From: Balanoglossus misakiensis | Taxonomy: Eukaryota; Animalia; Hemichordata | DNA length: 64,000 bases | NCBI GenBank assembly: GCA_040954595.2 | Contig: CM082576.2 | Span: forward strand, 15,919,028-15,983,027 | Direction: 5' to 3' | Part shown: piece by piece, positions 50,697 through 61,479 of the stretch | How the letters are laid out: every line of letters starts with the position of its first letter | How positions within the stretch are numbered: the stretch's first letter is position 1 | Translations under genes and position numbers: made by a program | The notes under the pieces: generated by a model | The model's database searches: none | What the model saw: the letters and a program-made list of their open reading frames with translations, nothing else | What the model was told of the DNA's origin: nothing

Positions 50697-52835
50697 TTGA
50701 CTCCCATGTTCACAGAGACTACATTGTGTTCCGTCTCTTCCTCACAGAACATTCTGTACACTTCTGCATTGGCAGAATTTTCTAGCGCTCGGTCACCGTC
50801 CTACGCTAACATTCGGGCTCCCTGGTCACATACACCACGCCCTTCATGTATCTCAGGCCATACAGCCGCATCATCTGACATTGTGTCTCACTCAGCGAAC
50901 GAGGACCCACCGTCCTCGTCCACTTCAAATATTGTAACAATTCCTCCGATTTCAGCTTCGCCTCTGACATCGCTGTATTTAAACTTTCCGTCGAGCACAG
51001 GCCATACAGCCGCATCATCTGACATTGTGTCTCACTCAGCGAACGAGGACCCACCGTCCTCGTCCACTTCAAATATTGTAACAATTCCTCCGATTTCAGC
51101 TTCGCCTCTGACATCGCTGTATTTAAACTTTCCGTCGAGCACGTCTCCCTCATCGGAACTTTCTTTAGCCAATATTTGTGCCTTACATGCGCAAGTTTCT
51201 ACATCCGGGTTACCAAACTACCAAGGTCTCAAATATCCCGTTCCGACTAAATTAGTGTTGCCGTTATGGAGATCACTGCTGGCACATTATGCTGACAATA
51301 TCATTTGTGACTATCACCATTTTGGCTGGCCTATCGGTTATACCCGTGACACGTTACCAGTCTTCGACATCCGTAATCACCCTTCGGCCTTGATGTTTCC
51401 CGACGATGTGGACCACTTCATCAACACTGAAGTCGCCGCTGGGGCCACAGCCGGACCTTTCACAATCAGCCCATTTCCTCACGGGTTCGTGGTGTCTCCA
51501 CTTCAAACTGTGCCCAAAAAGGACTCTTCACGCCGTCGCGTCGTCATGGACCTCAGCTTTCCAGAACACTTTTCTGTCAATGACGGCATCTCTTCAGACT
51601 TTTATGATGGTTATCACATAAAACTGTCGTACCCATCTTTAGATCATTTCTCACAAATTATCCAGGACAAAGGCCCCGGTTGCCTGTTATACAAGAGAGA
51701 CTTACGCCGAGCATATCGGCAAATTTTCATTGACCCTCGAGATTATAATCTCCTTGGTTTTTCATGGCATCATTTATTCTTTTTTGATCGTGTTTTTCCC
51801 TTCGGGCTTCGCTCTGCTGCATTAGCCTGCCAACGTACCACAAATGCAGTTATGTATTTATTTAGACAGAATGGTTACGCTGGCATCAATTATTTAGATG
51901 ATTTTGGGGGTGCAGAGGCGCCAGACAAAGCCATGGCAGCCTTTGAATCCCTTGGTCGACTTTTATCACAGCTCGGTCTAGAGGAGGCGCAGGATAAAGC
52001 AGTAGCGCCGTCCACTTGCATGGTTTTTCTCGGTATTGAATTCGACACTGTGTCTATGACCATGCGCATTCCAGCACACAAGTTATCCACCCTACTCACA
52101 GAGCTTGATGAGTGGGACACAAAAGTCTCTGTTCCCCAGCGTCAATTTCAGTCTTTGTTAGGCAAGCTTAATTCAGTTGCCACATGTGTTCGCTCAGGAC
52201 GAGTGTTTTTCTCCCGTATGTTACAGTTACTTAGACAGCAGTTTAAATCACCTCGCATTTTTCTAGATTCGCAATTCTTCGCTGACTTAGTTTGGTGGCG
52301 TACCTTTTTACCTTTATACAACGGAGTATCTGTTATCCCAGCTTCTAGATGGAGTACACCAGATGCCGTTTTTTCTACTGACGCCTGCCTCTCAGGCTGC
52401 GGGGGCTTTTCTCACGGACTGTATTTTCACACAGAATTTCCTTTACCTGTTACTAGTCAGGGTTTACATATTAATGCGTTAGAACTTTTAACAGTGCTTG
52501 TTGCGTGTCGTCTGTGGGGCCATCTGTGGAAAGGCCAGCGCATTCAGGTGTTTTGCGATAATATGGCAACAGTCACTGTCATTAATTCAGGTCGCTCACG
52601 AGACCTTCATATGCTTCAATATTTACGAGAGTTATGGCTAGTGTCCGCACTCAATAGTTTTGAACTTAAAGCGGTGCATATTCAGGGTCAGGATAATCGC
52701 TTAGCTGACCATTTAAGCAGATGGCACATTTCTCAGCATCACAGTTTTGAATTTCATGAGTTAACCAATAGTATGCATGTGATAGAGGTGGCAGTGCCAG
52801 TCACATATTTCACTAATTTTCACTATGACCTGTAA
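50697..52835 (+). CDS. pol: Reverse transcriptase-RNase H of DIRS/Ngaro type (first ATG 50706)
   Basis: RRVVMDLS, KRDLRRAYRQ, FPFGLRSA, NYLDDF, FLGIEFD, TDACLSGCGG, HINALEL, CDN, NRLADHLSR; uninterrupted. Confidence 0.95.
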   Translation: MTPMFTETTLCSVSSSQNILYTSALAEFSSARSPSYANIRAPWSHTPRPSCISGHTAASSDIVSHSANEDPPSSSTSNIVTIPPISASPLTSLYLNFPSSTGHTAASSDIVSHSANEDPPSSSTSNIVTIPPISASPLTSLYLNFPSSTSPSSELSLANICALHAQVSTSGLPNYQGLKYPVPTKLVLPLWRSLLAHYADNIICDYHHFGWPIGYTRDTLPVFDIRNHPSALMFPDDVDHFINTEVAAGATAGPFTISPFPHGFVVSPLQTVPKKDSSRRRVVMDLSFPEHFSVNDGISSDFYDGYHIKLSYPSLDHFSQIIQDKGPGCLLYKRDLRRAYRQIFIDPRDYNLLGFSWHHLFFFDRVFPFGLRSAALACQRTTNAVMYLFRQNGYAGINYLDDFGGAEAPDKAMAAFESLGRLLSQLGLEEAQDKAVAPSTCMVFLGIEFDTVSMTMRIPAHKLSTLLTELDEWDTKVSVPQRQFQSLLGKLNSVATCVRSGRVFFSRMLQLLRQQFKSPRIFLDSQFFADLVWWRTFLPLYNGVSVIPASRWSTPDAVFSTDACLSGCGGFSHGLYFHTEFPLPVTSQGLHINALELLTVLVACRLWGHLWKGQRIQVFCDNMATVTVINSGRSRDLHMLQYLRELWLVSALNSFELKAVHIQGQDNRLADHLSRWHISQHHSFEFHELTNSMHVIEVAVPVTYFTNFHYDL
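50854..51141 (+). repeat. 144-bp in-frame tandem duplication in ORF2 N-terminal linker
   Basis: The 48-aa unit GHTAASSDIV...LNFPSST occurs twice. Confidence 0.92.
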
Positions 52836-55059
52836 GCTTTCACTGTCCATGTTCCCACACAAAAGTGCTGCTCAGTCACCACCCTCATACAAGAGCATTT
52901 GCGTTCCCACTTCATCAGTCTTGAAGTTTTCACATCTTTTCTCCAATGTGTTAGGTATCTTTCTAGTAAGTTCCTAGGCAGTTTTGTATTTTACTCGCTA
53001 ATGGGAACTCCCTGAATGCTTCCCCTCCCCTGGTTTGGCGGCTTGGAGCTGGTTTTGTCAAACTCTTTTTCATCGGCATATTAAAGATTTTGCCAAGTTT
53101 CCGCCAACCCATGAGTGTGTCGCATTCTGTTCCTTCCCATTAGCCCACTAGTTTTCAAACATTTATACTGTTCGAGTGTTTCAGGTGTATTTGTATGCAA
53201 GACGTGTTTTCCTGTACAATTATTATATCAGTAGAGTTCCACAGAGGCAGCCACTAATTTAGGCCCAACCCCTTGGGTGTAATTTGGGGCGCCCTCTGTG
53301 TAGTGCGTCTTCCCGCCTTCCGGAGAGAATTGCTACTTTTGTAGGGCTTCCGCCCTCTTGTAGAGTCACTTTTTCCGAGCAGTCGCTCGCTTAAAACCCC
53401 ACCCACCACTACCCATGGCTTTTCCTTGTATGTTTGTTATTTTTATTTTATTTACCTTTATTCACATGGTTTATAAGTGGTTGGAGCTGGTTTTGTCAAA
53501 CTCTTTTTCATCGGCATATTAAAGATTTTGCCAAGTTTCCGCCAACCCATGAGTGTGTCGCATTCTGTTCCTTCCCATTAGCCCACTAGTTTTCAAACAT
53601 TTATACTGTTCGAGTGTTTCAGGTGTATTTGTATGCAAGACGTGTTTTCCTGTACAATTATTATATCAGTAGAGTTCCACAGAGGCAGCCACTAATTAAA
53701 TGTGTTTGGTGGGCCCGCATTCGGGCCCACCGGGCCCAGCTAGCCCATGGGCCCGCTGCGCTTGCTGTGTTTGGCGGGCCCGAATGAACACATGAGAAGT
53801 CTGTCAGTCTTAGAATGAGAAGAAGGCATGTTTGAGAATTCTGGAGTTAAGAATTGGGCTAGCATGTCACCCGTCGGAATAAATTAGACGTTTCGTGTGT
53901 GTCTGCACATGGACGTAAAAAGAGATGGTCTGCATGTGTCCGAGATGTAATCAATGTGTCATGGTTTACCACGACAAATTCTAGCTCAGTCTTCTTGATC
54001 GGGCCTAGATTGATCATTGCAACCTAATCATCAAAGTTAGCAAACATGTAAGATCGTTCGCGTTTGCCTGGGGTTCTACCTCCATTACTCGATCGGACTG
54101 TGACTCGATCTCTCTTCGTGATGTGATGTCGTCGATCGACGCCATGTTTGTTTTAATACATGATTGTACAATCGCGCGTAGCTATGGTCTAACGCAGGGA
54201 CTCTCTACCTGTTTCATCGCCTGATAAATTAGATGGATATTCTCAAAACAATAGAATGAATATTGTGTTCTGATTGCATTCTTCGTGTATCAAACTTTTA
54301 TTTTATTGATTTCCTTTTGTTGTCAGCCACATGCGAGTAGCCTTGCCAATAAACAGTCGTGTTTACTCGGTAAACAAGTGGAATCACAGACTTGCCTCAA
54401 AAACAAGAGTAGCAGGTGCAGTTCCTTTCCGTTCCACCTCCATGTAACAACATACAATCCGCATCAAACAAGCACTCCTGAATAACTATGAAATGTCTAG
54501 CTTGTGCTCATTCTGTCAAACTATTGCATAGACTCCAGCCATATTCAATGCCAGTTTAAGTAGATCTTAAACTCACCGTCAGTGAGTTAGATACAGGTGC
54601 ACACATACATGTATGACACTATCGTGAAGTAACATTTCTTTTTATTTTAGAACATGTGAAAAATAATAGGGACAAGTCACATCAGAGTAGAATAAAAATG
54701 TCCTCAAGTACAAATAAACAGCAAAACGGGAAAATGCATCGATGTCGGAACTACTAAAGTCGAGAATCAGCTCTGAACTTATTCAGTAATCTAGTGCTTG
54801 GGGCGGAAACTTTAATGCAGAACACACTCTCTCGATATGCAAATATAACTTATTGAAACTCGTTGCCACACAAACAAATGACCAGAAACCATCGACACGG
54901 CACAGTCTATATATACATGTACACTGAGAAGCCATAGAGACGTGCATGTTCAAATAGACCTTCTGAATAATGATCCATCGAGCAACAACAACAAAAAGGA
55001 AAGGAACCTTTGTACTTTAAATACGACCGAACTTTGCGAGGATTATCGGTTTGTCAATA

Positions 55060-55170
55060 CGGTAACAGGTCGTTTCGGCCCAAAAGATTTTCGATCCCAA
55101 TCGTTTCGGCCCCCAATTTTCACGACCCCGGTCTGTTCGGCCCCGACACCCCAGTCGTTTCGGTACTTAT
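55060..55170 (+). repeat. Short GTTTCGGCCC subterminal-type repeats (DNA transposon end fragment)
   Basis: About 5 degenerate copies of TCGTTTCGGCCC. Confidence 0.5.
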
Positions 55171-57079
55171 CGGTAATGGCCCAACTAAACTTGGCTCTAG
55201 GCCCCCTGACTCATTGTTGCCTAGTTCAGTAAAGGGGCGATGTCAGTGGGACTGGCAGTGAGGGGAGACGTGCATGTTCTCGTTTGTGGTACCGTGTGTT
55301 TTGAAATACAGGAGTCGACAAATGTGACGTGTAATAATTTGTACACAATTTTCTTTACCCCAATACAAAAATGCCTTTCAGCACAGAAAAAAACAACAAA
55401 GCAACGCCATTATCGTTAACACCTAATTGTTTCTCCCAATTTGAAGTGGTCTCTTTCGAAGATAAAGGATTCGTCATGAGAGTTACTCATTGTACAAACT
55501 GACCACCTGTCAGACATTGTGGATTTTCCTTACATTTCTGCTTTCTATCCGAGTTACTACCTGTCACCTGTCAGACATTGTGGATTTTCTGCTTTCTATC
55601 CGAGTGCAGAGCGGGAAAACCCGCTGAGGCTATACCACTGTCAGAAGAAACAGCGAGGGCTTCGAACGTACTTTTATTTTTCACACTTAAATCACTGCTC
55701 GTAAATTAATGCATCAAAAGTAAAAGTTTCCTTTTTCCTTTTAAATTTAAAAGTATATATGGCCTATGTCACGATCAAAATTGCGATTGTGTTTATAACT
55801 AGCATAGCTGCAATAATTAGAGTGATGGGTAGCTATTTTCGCTTGGTTGAATCACGGTCACTCCACAAGGGTCGCGGACGTAGTCAGATTTATGGACGAA
55901 AAAGTCAGAACAATCAAGACCGAGAGTATACTGCGAGCAGTCATACGCATTGATACTCATATGAAATCAACAATGAAGAATAATCTGCATAACAGGAAAA
56001 AGAAAGCCTACTGATGACTAGCCTGCACATTAGTAAATCACAGGTGTGAATGGGGTGGGCCCCGGGAGGTAGCCTTTGGTCAGTAGGATCGTACCGGCTA
56101 CCCCATAAATGTATTTTTCACTAATTTGTGCGATCAAGTTTTTCTCCTCAACATGATCTCCAAAACTATAGAGTCTATTGCAGATTCAAAATCATATCCA
56201 GGGAATCCACAGATCGCGATTCGTGTTTTCTTGTGTTTATATTTAGCTGGAATAATTGTAACGGCACCTTGTCGCTGTTTTTGGTGTAGATGCCCTGCAC
56301 ACTCACATGCAATGGACCGCAGTTACGTTGCGCGGTCGTGATGTAAATTTAGGAAATAGTGATACACTGCATCTATTAAAGCTTATCTTTGTTTCAGAGT
56401 AAAAATCTACCCGCTTTCTCTGTACCGTGTATATCCCAGCGTCCACGGGTGTTACATGTTTATGCTCGGCCAGCCACGTTCTTCAGGTTGTTATCACCTT
56501 TTTGTTCGTCAGTACTTCAAAATAAAAAATGTGTGAACTCAATGAACAAAAACTTCTGAAGTCAGTACATTTTTTTCTGTGATTTGTTTTAAAAATACAA
56601 TTTGATGCGCCGGTCACTAGGATCCTAGGGTCATAGTTCTGAGTGTCAGGCTCATGAAAACAAGAACAATCTATGACTCAAATATTAGATACATACTAGT
56701 ATTGTAATTTGCGTCTTACAAAGCACAATAATGTGACTTCATCCATTTCCCAAACAGAGAAACTACAATGTAAGACAAATCAGTCAGAGTATCGACCACA
56801 CTGTTGTCTGTGATCGACAACACGTATACGCGCGTCCGTTCACCGCGACAATAATGTGTGTAACGATCGTTCAATTCATTCGATCAGGCACTATGAACAT
56901 GCTCCCGCCGATTCCACCAGCGCCCACCTTGCCACCAACACCACTCCCACCACGCCCAGCCGCTGATATTACACCACCGTTCCAAACTACACTACAGCCG
57001 GCAGTACAGCCGATTCTCACGTCTCCGCAGACAACGGGGATGATTGAGACTACTCCGCCTCCACTATGGTTCCCTCCTA

Positions 57080-57302
57080 TCACCGGGATGTTCTCATACC
57101 AGAATCATATATAGACCGGTGTAAGGTCGTAAGTTGCTCTATAGGCAACTTTGCCAAGAACCTTGTGTTTATGGTTTATTCGCCGAGTGAACGCGCCGGA
57201 CGTAATTGCACAGGGCGTGTGTTTGGGGGTACCAAACAGAAATTGAAGTTAAGTCCCAGAAGGCTTAAGAAAGTTGAAGGAGCAACTTTCCGAAAATATT
57301 TT
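57080..57302 (+). pseudogene. BEN-domain protein remnant, preceded by a Pro-rich segment in another frame
   Basis: SCSIGNFAKNLVFMVYSPSERAGRNCTGRVFGGTKQKLKLSPRRLKKVEGATFRKY resembles the BEN consensus; it is cut off by hairpin H2. Confidence 0.65.
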
Positions 57303-57303
57303 A

Positions 57304-57465
57304 GAAATAATGGACGACGCCCTGACCATTAACGTTTGTTTATGGGCAAGGGCGAGGGGAAAGCCAAAAATTCATGGGCTCGGAAGCCTCGCCCATGAAT
57401 TTTGGCTTTCCTCGAGCCCGCGCCCATAAACAAACGTTTATGGTCAGGGCGGAGTCGGTTATTTC
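57304..57465. repeat. Long imperfect palindrome H2
   Basis: CGCCCTGACCATTAACGTTTGTTTATGGGC...GCCCATAAACAAACGTTTATGGTCAGGGCG with cap TC-GG-AAG-CC-TC. Confidence 0.9.
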
Positions 57466-58449
57466 CATTATATTACCAACAAAATCAAGAAAACCGTCAA
57501 AATTTACGAAAATGTCCCACTAGGGGCCCCGGAACTTTATCAGCATGTTTGTCGGATTGTCATTCTCTCGTTCAGAAAGGAAATGTTCCCTTGCATTTGT
57601 CAACTAATGTAGTGTAATTGTGTTTTAAATGCTTAATAAAGAAAACTAACACTGACAACGGACACATTTTGTTCGTAGTGAATTAAACGCCCCTCCCTGA
57701 ATGCCTAGTCTGAAATAAAACTTATGTTGAGAAGGAGAGTTGTACATTGATTAACGTTTTCAACGGTGTAGTACCGGTGTAGCAACGATCCAGATACGAC
57801 TCCGACGGAGAATGCTTTTCGCCTGTGCTGCGCCGGTGTTAATTTTCGACAGCGATGACGGGTGGTTCAGATCCAGACCGAAGCAAATATACAGTGAGAA
57901 CGTGACTTTTGATTATGTTTATCTAGGTAACCTATTGTCTTGGGTCAGTTTCCATTGTTGAGTCAATAACACTGGACGCGAGTGGTTTTCTAGCCACTCG
58001 CAGTTAGCCGGGTCTGCCACCAACTTTAGGTGCTTTCGATCGCCGAAAAGACGAGGCGTTTTCGATTTGTGGATTAACATCCAGTACTTCTAAACGATAT
58101 CAAAACGGTCATGAAGAAGACGACAAAGTCGTTCAGAACGCATATCCAGGTATAGAAACTGAGATATGTTGCAATTACATGTCCTCGACGTCCTCAATTT
58201 TTGTTAGTTGCCGTGTTCCTAAACATTGCCATTTAGACGGCGTTGATCTCAAAACAATGTCCGTATACACAACTCGTCACAGATAGTACAATAGATTTAG
58301 CGGTTGATATTTTAGAGAGCAACCTCATTTTGAGGTGATATTTTTGGGGTGGGGTGATATCAACCTATTGAACTCTCGACATGATAGCAGAAATTTCACT
58401 CGACTTCGATCGTCTCGTGATATTTCAGCCATCATGCCTCGAAAATGAA

Positions 58450-58521
58450 TATTTGGCGGTACGGTCGTGATATTGACTCTCGGCTACGCCTCGAGACAAT
58501 ATCACGACCTACCTCCAAATA
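58450..58521. repeat. Palindrome H3
   Basis: GGTCGTGATATTG...CAATATCACGACC with cap TC-GGC-TAC-GCC-TC. Confidence 0.9.
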
Positions 58522-58544
58522 AAAATGCAGACAAAACTACAAAA

Positions 58545-58934
58545 TGTAACATTTCGGGCCATGGCCCATTCGTTGAAAGTCCGTAGCGCCCACATATTAC
58601 GGCGTTGAGTATTCTTGGGAATGGAATTTTTGCAACCCCCTGTACGCAGGAATCCGACACTGGGTCAGCAAACCGCCTTCTGGGAATGTCCTTTAACGAA
58701 ATAAAAAATGATTCAATATACATTCTTACGTGCATGTTCAACGACAACGTACACGATAAAAAGGTGAAAATGGCGGAATGAATAAAAGAATTCGTGACTC
58801 ACCGAAGGAATGCTGCTGACTGCTATATCCATATTTTCGAAGCCAAGCTCGTTCAAATATTCTGCTGCTTGTGAGGCTTCAATTAACTCTTCATCAGAGA
58901 TATCAGAAAAATCGGGATACACCTCATGCGCCAT
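58545..58934 (-). pseudogene. N-terminal fragment of Crypton-type (DUF3504/ZMYM-QRICH1-like) tyrosine recombinase gene, two exons
   Basis: Exon 58934-58803 reads MAHEVYPDFSDISDEELIEASQ...IPS|gtgagt. The intron ends ttaaag| at 58691. Exon 2 reads DIPRRRFADPVSDS...AK(frameshift)SIPKNTQRRNMWALRTFNEWAMARN. Confidence 0.72.
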
Positions 58935-59288
58935 GCTGCCACTATGACACGTTCAGGTAGAAAGAAATTGTGCCTCGTGGCCGTGCATTTATATTATAAT
59001 ATATGCCATTGTGCATGTGTAAAACATGCACAGCCAATACAATTGGAAGAAACATTGCGTGTGAGCTTATTACTAAACAATAATTGGTTGAACTAGGTAA
59101 TATATGCATCCCAGGTGCAAAACGCTGAATAATTAAATACTTTCCGTAAGTAGGACCATACCATTCTGAAAGTTAGGCTGATATCAACCGCTTAGGGTCT
59201 ATACAAAAGATTTTTAAACACTGTATTGTCGGTTGAGGGGTGTTTACTTGTAGAGGGGCCTGCACCTTTCACTCGTTGTGTATGTTAA

Positions 59289-59383
59289 ATATCGTATGAC
59301 TACCTCGGCGTCATCCATAATATCAACCTCGGACTTCGTCCCCGGTTGATATTATGGATATCGCCTCGTTAGTCATACGATAT
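59289..59383. repeat. Palindrome H4
   Basis: ATATCGTATGACTA...CCATAATATCAACC / GGTTGATATTATGG...TAGTCATACGATAT with cap TC-GGAC-TTC-GTCC-CC. Confidence 0.9.
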
Positions 59384-60618
59384 ATATACTTAGTGTGTGG
59401 ACGCACACAGATTCTGAGGGCTAATCCCCTGTTAGCAAGAAACAGGAAGTGCTACGGTATTCGTCATTTTTAAGTTGCTGCAATTGATCTGTAGTTTGTA
59501 CGTGTATGCTTTACATGTATGCATCTGTGGTAACATAAAACACAGGTTACAAATGAACATAAATGACTACATGTACATAGTGTTTTGAACCACTAGCATT
59601 CTTTATCTGAATTGGAGGTTGCGCAACTAGACTAGAAAAACCAGAAATGCCATGGGATTAATCATAGACCCTATGGATCAATCAAACGTGTTTGGGGTTC
59701 AAACCGACCGGCTTCCTTGCTAGTAAGCAACCGGTGCGCCAGTAGACTAGCCCACTAGTCGCTTGGTGATTTTTAAATCTAAATAGTTAAGGTGTTTTCG
59801 ATGTTTTTTTGTCTTAATAAATAATTTCAATACTTTTTGCGTGCATGCTTGCTTTCGAATTTGGGACTGAGCTTGTGGTTTCGGGTAGCGTGGGTCTACG
59901 CGTTCCCTACACATAATGAAGCCCATAGACAAGGAGCAAGCCTAGCGCGCCAGGTAAACAAGCGCGCTTCCTGTGACCCGGCTGGCCATGCAAGCCAGGT
60001 AGCTCATGAATATTCAGGATTCAAGCATGGCGCGCTCAGCAAGCACGCTCACCGGGCCTGGCGAGCAGGGCGAGCCACCTGGCTTGCTGCGTTCAGGAGC
60101 AGGCGCGCCAGGTAGAACAGGACATTCAGTCTGTAGTGTAGTTGTCTAAACAATGGTCACAACGAAGAAACCAAAATGCTTTCAGAAAATATACTTTGAG
60201 AGAAATCTGAACTTAATAATTAAATGTTATTTCAAAGAGTGGATTTCTTATCCGGCATCCTTAATTAAAGGTTAAGCTCAACCTATGCAAATATGAGAAT
60301 CTGGTCATGAGTGTGCTCCCGTGTTTTGCAAAAAAATGCAGAATGGCTTGGAATTAATATTTAGTAAAGAGAACGTTCTTGTCATAGCGATGTCACAGAC
60401 ACACACGGATAAACACACAGACAGATCGTAATTGGACACGGGAACTAATATGACACCATTTGGAGTTTGTATTTTCAAGGCATTACTTAGAGTATTTGTA
60501 GACCCTCAAATTCTTCTATATACTTGTGCATATCATGGAGGCATACCATACTTATATCACGTACGTGCGACACAAAAAAAGCAAAATGGCGAAAATGACA
60601 GTATTTGGGAAGCCCTAC

Positions 60619-61149
60619 CTTAATAGGGTAGTATTCCAAATAGGCGAATTCATTGTGGGGTTCTATGGTGAATTCGGCCTCCCGTTCGCTGGCCGTTTGG
60701 ACGTCTTTGGCGACTTTCTGCCTACGTGCGATAATAGTGGGATCGGGCTTCATAGGTGTATATCCTAGAGCTTGCATGAACTGCGAGAATTCGCTTCCAT
60801 CTTGTAACCGGGTAGCACGGAAGAGGAGAGCGCCATGGATATTCAATTCTCGTCCAATAATCTCACGAGTGTCCTTGGCGAAATCACCGATGGACGTCGA
60901 TCCCGCGGAACGGGAGACTGTGTACACGGCAGGGAAATTGTCCCGTGGACTCGCAATGTACTCGGGAAACTTGCTTCCTGGATTAAATGCTCCCGGTAGC
61001 CATTTTCGTCCAGCTACAAGTGCCGTCGTCTGGGCAGGTACATCGAGTCGACGGCTGTACTTGAAATGCGTGACGTATCGCTTGCTTGCAGAAAGCAAAG
61101 GCGGTCTTACCACTGATGACGCGATAACATTTCGAAAAACAAGCAGCAT
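60619..61149 (-). CDS. Exon 1 of a TauD/TfdA-family Fe(II)/2-oxoglutarate dioxygenase (DdaC-like), with possible mitochondrial presequence
   Basis: HGALLFR, FSQFMQALGY and IEPHNEFAY (HxE metal motif); donor AAG|gtaggg at 60618; basic/hydroxylated N-terminus without acidic residues. Confidence 0.85.
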
Positions 61150-61479
61150 ATTCGCAGCTGTTGAAATTAATGCCCCGGGATTCCAATTTCGTTCAGACAG
61201 GATACACTCTGTTACTCAGAAGATGGCAGTGTTTCTGTAAAATCCCTGTTAGATTATATAATACAGTCACAACAGTAGACGTGGCCAGTCTGCATGTATG
61301 TATGCAAACAATCATATTATAAATCAGTGTTTTGACGCCCCAAATACACCCATATGGGGTTGGTGTACATTACGGCCAGAAGGGCACCCTTTGGACGATT
61401 CCATTTTATAGGGCTGTTAACACGTTGGTGCGATCTTAAAAAAACATGAACTGGAGAAATTGTGTCTGTATACACTTAA

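Larger units (their letters stand above)
49316..53697 (+). mobile_element. Ngaro-type retroelement with split direct repeats A1-ORFs-B1-A2-B2, lacking a tyrosine recombinase ORF
   Basis: A1 49316-49459 matches A2 53254-53397 (1 mismatch). B1 53043-53259 matches B2 53481-53697. CTAATT occurs at both ends and at the B1/A2 junction. Confidence 0.92.
49197..60138. mobile_element. CACTA/EnSpm-like DNA element (21-bp TIRs, TA TSD), non-autonomous, with nested insertions
   Basis: TA|CACTACAGACTGAATGTCCTG ... CAGGACATTCAGTCTGTAGTG|TA, with GC-rich subterminal repeats (GGCGCGC, GCTTGC) at both ends. Confidence 0.8.

Noticed and set aside
49453-52120. Minus-strand ORFs as the missing tyrosine recombinase
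   Set aside because: Short, with no R...HxxR...Y catalytic motifs; antisense to gag/pol.
60653-61240. 195-aa plus-strand ORF
   Set aside because: Antisense shadow of the dioxygenase exon.
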